Below, piece after piece: positions 14,738-27,421 of a stretch of DNA of 64,000 nt. The notes under the pieces are model-generated. The model saw only the letters and a program-made list of their open reading frames with translations, searched no databases and had not been told where the DNA came from. The translations under genes were made by a program, and so were the position numbers. Origin of the DNA: Bugula neritina (lineage: Eukaryota > Animalia > Bryozoa); assembly GCA_964035545.1 (NCBI GenBank), contig OZ037766.1, positions 33,445,923-33,509,922 on the forward strand, read 5' to 3'. Each line of letters begins with the position of its first letter. Position 1 is the first letter of the stretch.

Positions 14738-14959
14738 AGAGTGTGAGTTTGTAGTCAAAGCCCAGTCTATTAGAACATAGTACGTTTATAAAGCAGTTAA
14801 ATGAAGCGTATAGGCCTACACAGCTAACTGCAGCTTGCATTGGCTATAAAAGTAAAACCATTGAACTATAATTATAGTTTCAGTTTAGTGGGTAAAACAT
14901 GCCAGTTTATGGGAAAATTAAACCTATATAACCCATACGCTGCAGTTATATTAATATGT

Positions 14960-15162
14960 CTTGAAACTATCATGAATAAGGTATGTGTTGAAACTATCAT
15001 GAATAAGGTATATGTGTTGAAACTGCCATGAATAAAATAAGTGTTAAAACTATCATAAATAAGGTATTAATTGAAATTATCATGAATAAGGTATGCGTTG
15101 AAACTATTATGAATAAGGTATGTGTTGAAACTGCCAAGAATAAGGTATGTGTTGAAACTATT
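14960..15162. repeat. ~27-bp repeat GTTGAAACTATCATGAATAAGGTATGT
   Basis: ~7 degenerate copies. Confidence 0.88.
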
Positions 15163-15444
15163 AGTAGAGCTAAAAGTTATCTATAACCAAGCATTATACT
15201 CTTTTTGCTTTTATAGCAGCGGTGGCTAAAGCTGTGATATTTACTTAGTTTTCTTATTTGGGAAAGAGCTGATAACTTCAGGTAGTAATTTCTGAGCAAC
15301 AATGATACCAAAACCGGCTCTGTGATGCCCTTATTTGGGAGCCAGTAAAATAGTTTGATTCAGTCATGTTCCATTCTTAGACACAACGATCTATCAAAGG
15401 GTATGACTCTCAGAAAACAAGAAGGGGCCATGTTGAGTCCTCAA

Positions 15445-15547
15445 CCAATCAGCTTTCAATCACAGCAGACGCACTCAACATGTGTTCTCAGCAGACAAAG
15501 AGTGGCTGTTTCTAGTTGTTTGGGGACCATCTAGATGGAAGGTGAGC
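15445..15547 (+). promoter_or_regulatory. Putative CCAAT box and non-coding first-exon donor upstream of MFS paralog B
   Basis: CCAATCA at 15445 and donor AAG|GTGAGC at 15542, with ~100 bp spacing as in paralog A. Confidence 0.4.
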
Positions 15548-16146
15548 TTTCAACAGTAATTTCACATCATAAGTTTTAAAGCTTTTGTAATTGCAAAATT
15601 TTTTTGCATATTGAAGAATTTCTGAACTTGAATACAAGCAATTTATGCTAGACATAAATTGATTTTGAGTTATTATTGTAAATGAGCTTTAAATTTGCTT
15701 TTCCCTTGAAAGTAGTTTTCCAATGCTAAGTATTAGAATTCAAAGTTTATAACTTGGTGCTGTATATATGATTGTAGTAAAGGTTAAATTAGAGTGTGCA
15801 AGTTATTAAAAAATGTAAGTGAGTGTAAGTGAGAGTAAGTGAAACTGTAAATGATATGAGTGAGTGTGAGTGAGAATGAGTGAGACTGTGAGTGAGTGTG
15901 AGTGAGAATGAGTGAGACTGTGAGTGAGTGTGAATATAGAGTTGAGTGAGAGTGTATTTATGCGGTTCCCACTCTTTGCTGTAACTTGCACATTACTTAT
16001 TTGCAAAAACAATTTTAGAATCCCAATTCTGAAAATTAAATTTTTACTTTATATGAGCGTTTTAATAGCATATTGTTACGAAATGTTATTTCAGACAAAG
16101 TTGAAGAACATAGATTTTATGCAAAACACACTTGAAAGAAATTAAA

Positions 16147-19100
16147 ATGGCCAAATGCCCAGACTATGAAGAAGAAATAAATGAAGGCACGGAACTCAAC
16201 ACCGCACCAAAGAAATACAAGTCCTATGGCCAATACAGTGACAAGAAATCTCTGTTAGTAAGTGAACAGTTACTTTTAGTGAGTACACAGTTCTTTCTAA
16301 TGAATGAGTGATTTGTTATAAGTGACATACCCGTGACGCATCTGTGACACACCTGTGACACACCTTTGACGTATCTGTGACACACCTGTGACGCATCTGT
16401 GACACACCTGTGACACACCTGTGACACACCTGTGACACACCTGTGACACAACTGTGACACAACTGTGACTCACAGCAATGTTCCTTTATATTAATCTTGT
16501 CTGGTGGTGATCGACCCCATACATAGTCCCGAAAGTTACAACAGGTAATATATGTATTTTATGATGTAATTAAATTAATTGTTTGCTGTAACTTTTCAGT
16601 ACTATTTGACAATCACGCCGTCTAACAAAAAAAATATGTTACACGCTATTGAAAAATATTGTTGCTTAAGATATTTACATAAACAAGATATATATGTAGA
16701 ATTGTTATAACACACTCACTAACAGTGGGTAGAACAGATCAAAGGTATGAATAACAAAAATATGAAAGCAAAGGTGAAACTTTGATGCTAAATCTGCTGG
16801 TACCAGCAGAGACTAGAGAGTGAATGAGTGTATAATATGCTGGCAGGTTTGAGATAGTTTATACATATATACAAGTACACATACATTACACGTAGGTTAC
16901 ACTAGCAGCTGTGACTTACACATGTACACGTAGGTTACACTAGCTGTTACTTACACATGTACACGTAGGTTACATTAGCTGTTACTTACACATGTACACC
17001 TAGGTTACACTAGTTGTGGCTTACACATGTACACGTAGGTTACACTAGCTGTGACTTACACATGTACACGTAGGTTACACTAGCTGTTACTTACACATGT
17101 ACACGTAGGTTACACTAGCTGCTGTGACTTACACATGTACACGTAGGTTACACTAGCAGCTGTGACTTACACATGTACACGTAGGTTACACTAGCAGCTG
17201 TGACTTACACATGTACACCTAGGTTACACTAGCTGTTACTTACACATGTACACGTAGGTTACACTAGCTGTTACTTACACATGTACACGTAGGTTACACT
17301 AGCTGTTACTTACACATGTACACCTAGGTTACACTAGCTGTTACTTACACATGTATACGTAGGTTACACTAGCAGCTGTGACTTACACATGTACACCTAG
17401 GTTACACTAGCTGTTACTTACACATGTACACGTAGGTTACACTAGCTGTTACTTACACATGTACACCTAGGTTACACTAGCTGTTACCTACACATGTATA
17501 CGTAGGTTACACTAGCAGCTGTGACTTACACATGTACACCTAGGTTACACTAGCTGTTACTTACACATGTACACGTAGGTTACACTAGCTGTTACTTACA
17601 CATGTACACGTAGGTTACACTAGCTGCTGTGACTTACACATGTACACGTAGGTTACACTAGCAGCTGTGACTTACACATGTACACGTAGGTTACACTAGC
17701 AGCTGTGACTTACACATGTACACCTAGGTTACACTAGCTGTTACTTACACATACATTACACGTAGGTTACACTAGCTGTTACTTACACATACATTACACG
17801 TAGGTTACACTAGCTGTTACTTACACATGTACACCTAGGTTACACTAGCTGTTACTTACACATGTACACGTAGGTTACACTAGCTGTGACTTACACATGT
17901 ACACAGTATACACGTACAGTAAATATATTTACTCTACTCATAGTATGGAGAGAAAGACAGAGATGAGGAATTATTTGGTAAAAAAGAGAAAGAGATGCAA
18001 GATGCTGGAGACCAGCCAATTACTGCGAAAGTTCTGATTGAGCTTTTACTTTGCTCTTGCGCTTTTCTTGGCAGAGTAAGAACTATATTATACATTGTAC
18101 ATTATACATATGCAGCATACTATATGTTATAACTGCTAGCACATAAAATACATTATACATTATACATATGCATATGCAGCATACTATATGTTGTAGCAGC
18201 ATACTATATGTAACTGTCTGTGAGTGTATATTATTCTAAGGATATTAATCTGACTTGTAGGGTTTGTGCCTGAACTCTGTTGGCCCAACCTTGATAGACT
18301 TGAGACAAATAGCCTCTCTCACTATATCTCAAGCGGCTTACATCTTTGGATCTCAGTCTAGCGGACTTCTTATTGGTTCTATCCTTGCCAAAATCATGCT
18401 TCAAGAGTAAGTATATTCAGTCATCTCTCTAGAGTAAGTATACACTGTGTAGTGTAAGTATACAGTCATCTCTCTAGAGAAAGTATATACAGTAATCTCT
18501 CTAGAGTAAGTATATTCAGTCATCTCTCTAGAGTAAGTATATTCAGTCATCTCTCTAGAGTAAGTATATTCAGTCATCTCTCTAGAGTAAGTATATTCAG
18601 TCATCTCTCTAGAGTAAGCATACAGTCATCTCTCTAGAGTAAGTATATTCAGTCATCTCTCTAGAGTAAGTATATTCAGTCATCTCTCTAGAGTAAGTAT
18701 ATTCAGTCATCTCTCTAGAGTAAGTATATACAGTCATATCTATAGTGTAAGTATATACTGTGTAGTGTAAGTATATAGTGTAGTATAAGTATATATAGTA
18801 TAGTATAAGTATATATAATATATAGTGTAAGTATATATAGTATAGTGTAAGTATATATAGTATAGTGTAAGTATATATAGTGTAGTATAAGTATATATAG
18901 TATAGTGTAAGTATATATAGTATAGTGTAAGTATATATAGTGTAGTGTAAGTATATATAGTGTAGTGTAAGTATATATAGTGTAGTGTAAGTATATATAG
19001 TGTAGTATAAGTATATATAGTGTAGTATAAGTATATATAGTATAGTGTAAGTATATATAGTATAGTGTAAGTATATATAGTGTAGTGTAAGTATATATAG

Positions 19101-22100
19101 TGTAGTGTAAGTATATATAATATAGTGTAAGTATATATAGTATAGTGTAAGTATATATAGTGTAGTGTAAGTATATATAGTGTAGTGTAAGTATATATAG
19201 TATAGTATAAGTAGGCAGTGTGGTGTAAGAATATATAGTATAGTGTAAGTATATATAGTGTAGTATAAGTATATATAGTATAGTGTAAGTATATATAGTA
19301 TAGTTTAAGTATATATAGTGTAGTATAAGCATATATAGTGTAGTATAAGTATATATAGTGTAGTATAAGTATATATAGTATAGTATAAGTATATATAGTG
19401 TAGTGTAAGTATATATAGTGTAGTATAAGTATATATAGTATAGTATAAGTATATATAGTATAGTATAAGTATATATAGTGTAGTGTAAGTATATATAGTG
19501 TAGTATAAGTATATATAGTATAGTATAAGTATATATAGTGTAGTGTAAGTATATATAGTATAGTGTAAGTATATATAGAAAAGTGTAAGTATATATAGAA
19601 TAGTGTAAGTATACAGTTAAATTATTTTGTAGGTTCAACACGCAGTTTGCCCTCGGAATGTGTCTCTTCATCCAAGGATTCTCCACCATGCTGATCCCCG
19701 CCTTCCACAGCGCCGTCGTAATGTGCATTATGTTCCTCTTTCAGGGCTTTGCTATTGGCGTCGTCATTATCGGTGAGTAACTCTTATACTGCCATCTCTA
19801 TACATTGTCATGTGTTGCAGGTGTCATGTGCTGCAGGTGTCATGTGCTGCAGGTGTCATGTGTTGCATGTGTCATGTGTTGCAGGTGTCATGTGTTGCAG
19901 GTGTCATGTGTTGCAGGTGTCATGTGTTGCAGGTGTCATGTATTGTTGGTGTCATGTGCTGCAGGTGTCATGTGTTGCAGGTGTCATGTATTTTAGGTGT
20001 CATGCGCTGCAGGTGTCATGCGCTGCAGGTGTCATGTGTTGCAGGTGTCATGTATTGTAAGTGTCTTGTGTTGTAGGTGTGTGTTCAACTTGTATACGTA
20101 TTGGGGGGAAGAAAAGAAATGGAATGTTCTTACAGGCAGCTTACTTAGGTGTGGCTATAGGCAGTGTTTGTGGGCCGTTTGTTGCGCGCCCCTTCCTATC
20201 CACTGTAGCCCAGGTAGAAGTAGATGAAGAAGATGAGATAATCAGCTCATACCTAAACAGCCAGTAAGATTGTACTGTACTATATGCTACACTATGTGTT
20301 ACATATACTACACTATGTGTTACATATACTACACTATGTGTTACATATACTACACTATGTGTTACATATACTACACTATGTACTACATATACTACACTAT
20401 GTACTACACTATATACTACACTATGTGTTACATATACTACACTATGTGTTACACATACTACACTATGTGTTACACATACTACACTATGTACTACACTATG
20501 TGTTACATATACTACACTATGTATTACATATACTACACTATATACTACACTATGTATTACATATACTAGACTATGTACTACATATATACTACACTATGTA
20601 TTACATATACTACACTATGTATTACATATACTACACTATGTGTTACATATACTACACTATATACTACACTATGTATTACACATACTACACTATGTACTAC
20701 ATATACTACACTGTGTGTTACATATGCTACAGTTAGTGTTACATAAGTTATTCTCAAAAAAATGATTGATGAAGTAGTCAGCACTAATGTACAGCTTATG
20801 TTACGCATTATTCAACTTATATTACACGTTATTCAACTTATATTACACATTATTCAACTTATATTATACACTATTCAACTTATATTATACACTATTCAAC
20901 TTATATTATACATTATTCAACTTATATTATACACTATTCAACTTATATTATACACTATTCAACTTATATTATACACTATTCAACTTATATTATACATTAT
21001 TCAACTTATATTATACATTATTCAACTTATATTATACACTATTCAACTTATATTATACATTATTCAACTTATATTACACATTATTCAACTTATATTATAC
21101 ACTATTCAACTTATATTATACACTATTCAACTTATATTATACACTATTCAACTTATATTATACACTATTCAACTTATATTATACATTATTCAACTTATAT
21201 TATACACTATTCAACTTATATTATACATTATTCAACTTATATTATACACTATTCAACTTATATTATACACTATTCAACTTATATTATACATTATTCAACT
21301 TATATTATACACTATTCAACTTATATTATACACTATTCAACTTATATTATACACTATTCAACTTATATTATACATTATTCAACTTATATTATACATTATT
21401 CAACTTATATTATACATTATTCAACTTATATTATACACTATTCAACTTATATTATACATTATTCAACTTATATTATACACTATTCAACTTATATTACACA
21501 CTATTCAACTTATATTATACACTATTCAACTTATATTATACATTATCCAACTTATATTACACACTATTCAACTTATATTATACACTATTCAACTTATATT
21601 ATACATTATTCAACTTATATTATACACTATTCAACTTATATTATACATTATTCAACTTATATTATACACTATTCAACTTATATTATACACTATTCAACTT
21701 ATATTATACACTATTCAACTTATATTATACACTATTCAACTTATATTATACATTATTCAACTTATATTATACATTATTCAACTTATATTATACACTATTC
21801 AACTTATATTACACACTATTCAACTTATATTATACACTATTCAACTTATATTATACATTATTCAACTTATATTATACATTATTCAACTTATATTATACAC
21901 TATTCAACTTATATTATACACTATTCAACTTATATTATACATTATTCAACTTATATTATACACTATTCAACTTATATTATACATTATTCAACTTATATTA
22001 TACACTATTCAACTTATATTACACACTATTCAACTTATATTATACACTATTCAACTTATATTATACATTATCCAACTTATATTACACACTATTCAACTTA

Positions 22101-24234
22101 TATTATACACTATTCAACTTATATTATACATTATTCAACTTATATTATACACTATTCAACTTATATTATACATTATTCAACTTATATTATACATTATTCA
22201 ACTTATATTATACACTATTCAACTTATATTACACACTATTCAACTTATATTATACACTATTCAACTTATATTATACATTATCCAACTTATATTACACACT
22301 ATTCAACTTATATTATACACTATTCAACTTATATTATACATTATTCAACTTATATTATACTAATATTATACTTATATAATACATTATTCAACTTATATTA
22401 TACACTATTCAACTTATATTATACACTATTCAACTTATATTATACACTATTCAACTTATATTATACACTATTCAACTTATATTATACACTATTCAACTTA
22501 TATTATACACTATTCAACTTATATTATACACTATTCAACTTATATTATACACTATTCAACTTATATTATACATTATTCAACTTATATTATACATTATTCA
22601 ACTTATATTACACATATACCTTGTAGTAGTACAGTAGCACCAAGCGTGTTTTTGCTAAACCAGTCGGCTCCTCTGAGTCCTGCTCCACTCAACTCAGTTC
22701 CGTTGGTGATGGCTTCCGTCTTGACCAGCACAATGACTCCCACCTCCCCGGGAATTGTCTTCACTCAGACACACGTCAACATCTATTATCTAATCATAGG
22801 CATCGTAATCTGCATACCCGCCACCTCTTTCATGGTGCTTTACTGGAAGAGTGGTAACCCTATCAAAAACCCTAAAGATGACTCCTCAAAGACAGAGTCA
22901 CTGTCTCTCAACGACTGCACGGCTCCCCTTTCCATTACCATTGCAATGACCTTCTTACTCTGTCTCTTTTACTTCGGCATACAGGACTCATACAGTCACC
23001 TAGTTACCTCCTTTGCCATTCTTGGTCCTCTCAAGTTCTCCACCTCTCAGGGTGTATACATTTCTTCATTGTTCTGGTCTTCCATGTGCTTTGGAAGACT
23101 TAATGGTAAGACATAAACTATTGATGCTTGGGTATCTCTTTGTGAAGCTTTTTTACATACATAAATAGGTTAACTGAATGTATTACAGTATATCTGTCTG
23201 AGTATCATATGTTAAAGAGTATATCTGTCTGAGTATCATATGTTAAAGAGTATATCTGTCTGAGTATCATATGTTAAAGAGTATATCTGTCTGAGTATCA
23301 TATGTTAAAGAGTATATCTGTCTGAGTATCATATGTTAAAGAGTATATCTGTCTGAGTATCATATGTTAAAGAGTATATCTGTCTGAGTATCATATGTTA
23401 AAGAGTATATCTGTCTGAGTATTATATGTTAAAGAGTATATCTGTCTGAGTATCATATGATAGACTGTGGAGTATAATATCTTCCTACAGGAATCTGGAT
23501 AGCTAAGATGATAAGCCCTTTCAAGATGCTGTTGATGGACATTTCGGTAGCATTGATAGCCGGTGCTTTCCTCATGTTCTTTGCCGATAAGTCTGCTGGG
23601 GTCTTGTGGGCCTTCACCTCAGTTTTGGGACTCTTCTTTGCAACTATCAACGGGGCAGTGGTCGCTTGGGCAGCTAAGCACTTGCCAAGTAAGGGCTGCA
23701 CTCTTATAGTTGAAATAATAATACAATTGTTTTTGGCTTTTAGCAAAGTTAAGCTCTCTCATTAAACTTACATAATTTCAAGTTGATTTTTGCTAAATTT
23801 ATGTTAAAATAACAACCTCGATCATATAAAATATAGCAAAATTATAGTATTTCCAACATGCAAACTAAAAGTGTGTGCAGTTGACATTTTCTTTTCCGTT
23901 GTTTTTTTTAAATTGCTTTATAAAAGCTTATGAGTCTTGTTGAGCTCTAAAGACTTGAGAGTTCTAAGCGACTCTAAGCAGTTTATGGTTTATTATTTCA
24001 GGTAACAACTACATTCTAGCTATCATAATGGTGGGCAGATGTGCTGGGGCGCTAGTTCTGCCAACCACTGCCACTACTCTGTTTGAGCACAGTGGTCCAA
24101 TGGCTCTGATGTACATAGTTTTCACAGTTACTTGCCTCAAGTTGGCTATTCTTCTTCTCTCCCAGTTTTCTGTCATCAAATATGGCATTGATGGTAAACT
24201 ATACAGTCGATCAGGGATGATAAATCTAACTTAA
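16147..24234 (+). CDS. MFS transporter, MFSD4/NaGLT1-like, paralog B (~541 aa)
   Basis: Exons 16147-16257, 17944-18075, 18261-18406, 19633-19772, 20077-20263, 22627-23105, 23491-23688, 24002-24234. Same intron phases and same 146/140/198-nt exon sizes as paralog A; GPTLIDL and FWSSMCFGRL motifs. Confidence 0.88.
16322..16470. repeat. ~10/11-bp repeat CTGTGACACAC, MFS-B intron 1
   Basis: Direct reading. Confidence 0.9.
16887..17905. repeat. 35/38-bp minisatellite ACGTAGGTTACACTAGC(AGC)TGTTACTTACACATGTAC, MFS-B intron 1
   Basis: ~28 copies; ends ~40 bp before acceptor 17943. Confidence 0.97.
18404..18735. repeat. 27-bp donor-spanning repeat AGA|GTAAGTATATTCAGTCATCTCTCT, MFS-B intron 3
   Basis: First copy is the real exon 3/intron 3 junction. 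Confidence 0.95.
18740..19612. repeat. 20-bp repeat GTAAGTATATATAGT(G/A)TAGT, MFS-B intron 3
   Basis: ~43 copies, many with GTAAGT. Confidence 0.96.
19806..20082. repeat. 16-bp acceptor-spanning repeat TGTGTTGCAG|GTGTCA, MFS-B intron 4
   Basis: ~17 copies; last copy is the real acceptor TGTGTTGTAG|GTGTGT. Confidence 0.95.
20283..20730. repeat. 21-bp repeat TACTACACTATGTGTTACATA, MFS-B intron 5
   Basis: Direct reading. Confidence 0.93.
20806..22612. repeat. 21-bp minisatellite TATTCAACTTATATTATACA(C/T), ~86 copies, MFS-B intron 5
   Basis: Source of the 530-aa spurious ORFs; ends ~14 bp before acceptor 22626. Confidence 0.98.
23187..23458. repeat. 31-bp repeat AGTATATCTGTCTGAGTATCATATGTTAAAG, ~9 copies, MFS-B intron 6
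   Basis: Direct reading. Confidence 0.96.
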
Positions 24235-26524
24235 TATATAAGTAGCCTACTTGATATTCAACAAGTTATTCTATGACTATTTATCCTAGAGATAGAGTGT
24301 GACACTGATGAGGGTCTATGACTAACTAGTGTTGCTAGTTTGAGATCTACTTGTAAATGATGTGTTTTACATTCTCACTTTAACTGAAACATTAAAATAT
24401 ATTATACTTTGAATTTTTGCAAACTACAACTTTAATTGTGTTTACGAGCTTAGGTCTAAAAGTTGACTTAATTAGAAGTTTTAGGTATGTGCTTGTAAGT
24501 TTGGCATAATGTATGACACTTAATTGTGTGTCATAAACAATTATGCTACATCATGTTACATTATGTGCATATAGATGCCACACTGTATAAATAGTTTTGC
24601 AAAGCTCAAGGGTTGAAGCCTGGCTACATGAAGAAATAAGCTGGAATTACCTCTCAATGCTCACATAGTAGGCTTTTACCCTGTTGTGATTTTCAATTTT
24701 AATTTCAAGATGAAATCAATGAATAAATAAACACTGAACATAAATGAAATTTTTTTCTTAAATGCAACCTTTCAGAATATATTCACATCTGCCATCACAT
24801 ATCTAAGATAAAGAGATAGGCAAGAAGAAAGCATTTGATGCACAGCAAGCTTGATTAGCTATATAGGAGGAAATCTCAGTGCAAAGTAACACTATACTGC
24901 AACGTACAGAAAGTTTTGAACACATAAAGTATGATGTATAAGCTACAGTTCTTATAGATTTGTTGTTGTACAGTTTTCAGATTAAACAATGCCATCTTCC
25001 AATTGGTTGTAAGTTTATGTACTTGCTTATACTTGGTGTAATTAGGATCTGCACTTTTTACGGTTGAAAGATCTGTAAAAGTTTCCCTATGTTAAGGCTA
25101 GGCTGTTGTTAGTTTACCAAGCAACTTGCTCACTGCTTGCTTTACTTGCTGTGGCTTTACTACAGTGGCTTCATCTCAACTAATGATCGACGTGCTGATA
25201 ACTGCACAAATTTAGATGTAAGTTAAAGTATTGTCTCCGTTTAATTCTTTTGCAGTCTGTTAACGTGTTAAAGAAGCTGAGTTCAAATATATTTCATCAC
25301 CTTGTTTCAGCAACTATTAAGCAAGTGTATTGATTGGAATACTTTAGTATAGAGAATATAATCATCAGTTATGTTTACACAACATGCTTGACATGTTGCC
25401 TCTAATATAACAGCATATGTTTACACAATAGACAATTATAGATTCCCAATAATCTTAAAGAGCTAAGCAATTGCTCTTCTTCTATTCAAGTCTTTCTCCA
25501 AACAAAAAATTGGGTGACATGAAAATATTGGTGCATATACGAATAAAATAGACTTTTTATGGTCTGATATAAATTGCAGTGTTGCGAAATCTGATATCAT
25601 AAACAGTAGCTTTTATTATTTTACAGTTTTATTTTGCTGGCTTTGTGACTAGCTGGGTTTAGCTATAGCAAAGTAGCTAATGGCAATAGCTTAGATACAA
25701 CATATTGCCATATATTAAATGTTATTTGATATAAAATGAAGCTTCTTGGCAGTAGAAAAAATGTATTATCTTTTCTTCCTGCAAGATAAGTTCCAACAAC
25801 ATAAACAGGTTAATATTTAGCAATGGAGCTGCAGCATAGACAAGGTTTTTAACCACTGTTCTCAACCCCCATCTTTTGTCAGCCTATGGTGAACCTTGAA
25901 AATAATATTTCTTTGATTTTAATGATGGCTTTTATTGATCATACAGGGAAATATTTGCATTTGACATTGTTTATATAATTTCCATTTTATCTAAAAGTCA
26001 TCCATATACATACAAGGGTTTCACGTACGGAGTGTAAGAGATAGAGATAAAGGAATAATATACTTACTCTAACGTATGTATGTACACAGTAGAATAATAT
26101 ATGTAATGTATTTATACAGTAGAATATATGTAATGTATGTACTGCACAGTAGAATATATGTAATGTATGTACACAGTAGAATATATGTAATGTATGTAAT
26201 GTATGTACTAGTGTTTTGGGCAAGTGCAATCAAGCATTTCGAATGTTACTTTAACTGAATTCACTCCCCTGCTGATCTAATCTTTTACATTAATCCTGTT
26301 TGAATTCCAAGCACGCATCAAGTGAAACCACATGTTATAATTGATGAGTTTAAGGATAAATTTGGTTGTATTTATTCATGCAGCTTACAAAGTTGTCATG
26401 GTGATTGATGAGCTTGTAGGGCTAATAGTAGGTGAAGTGACCAGACGTAGTTCTCTTTAGACAGATTCGGGTCAGTTCAGTGTGTTACTTGTAGATAGAT
26501 ATACAGTCTATATAATATACATGT

Positions 26525-27163
26525 ATTACTATACTACATATAGTAAGTACAATATATTACTATACTACATAGAGTAAGTACAATATATTACTATACTACA
26601 TAGAGTAAGTACAATATATTACTATACTACATAGAGTAAGTACAATATATTACTATACTATATAGAGTAAGTACAATATATTACTATACTACATATAGTA
26701 AGTACAATATATTACTATACTACATAGAGTAAGTACAATATATTACTATGCTACATAGAGTAAGTATAATATATTACTATGCTACATAGAGTAAGTACAA
26801 TATATATAGAGTATATAGAGTAAGTACAATATATTACTATACTACATAGAGTAAGTATAATATATTACTATGCTACATAGAGCAAGTATAATATATTACT
26901 ATACTACATAGAGTAAGTACAATATATTACTATACTACATAGAGTAAGTATAATATATTACTATGCTACATAGAGTAAGTACAATATATATAGAGTATAT
27001 AGAGTAAGTATAATATATTACTATACTACATAGAGTAAGTATAATATATTACTATACTACATAGAGTAAGTATAATATATTACTATACTACATAGAGTAA
27101 GTACAATATATTACTATACTACATAGAGTAAGTACAATATATATAGAGTATATAGAGTAAGTA
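26525..27163. repeat. 31-bp repeat AGAGTAAGTACAATATATTACTATACTACAT upstream of MFS-C ATG (probably 5'UTR intron)
   Basis: ~21 copies, most with AGA|GTAAGT; possible flanking donor at 26471 and acceptor at 27400. Confidence 0.94.
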
Positions 27164-27421
27164 GATAAAGAAAGTTTAAAAACAGAATAGTAGGCCTATA
27201 CTATATCCAGTAAAATTGGTTGAGGGGAAGCATAGACTTCACTCAGTATATTTACATAGATGTAATTGACCATAATAATATAATATAGTTATTATATAAT
27301 ATATAGTTTATCTAGTATATAGAATATTTATAATACCGCATCTCTACTATATAGTATAGCTATTACATAATGTATTTATTATACAGTATATTTTTTATAG
27401 AGTACAACATTAAATTCTAGC

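Noticed and set aside
13803-14780. 39-bp array as a CRISPR array or repeat protein
   Set aside because: Head-to-tail units with no unique spacers, internal stop codons in some copies, eukaryotic context, no cas genes.
20762-22379. 530-aa ORFs (YYTLFNL / IQLILYT repeats)
   Set aside because: Translation of a stop-free 21-bp minisatellite lying inside MFS-B intron 5.
24240-26470. Additional gene or ncRNA between MFS-B and MFS-C
   Set aside because: No convincing ORF, exon chain or tRNA/rRNA/snRNA signature.
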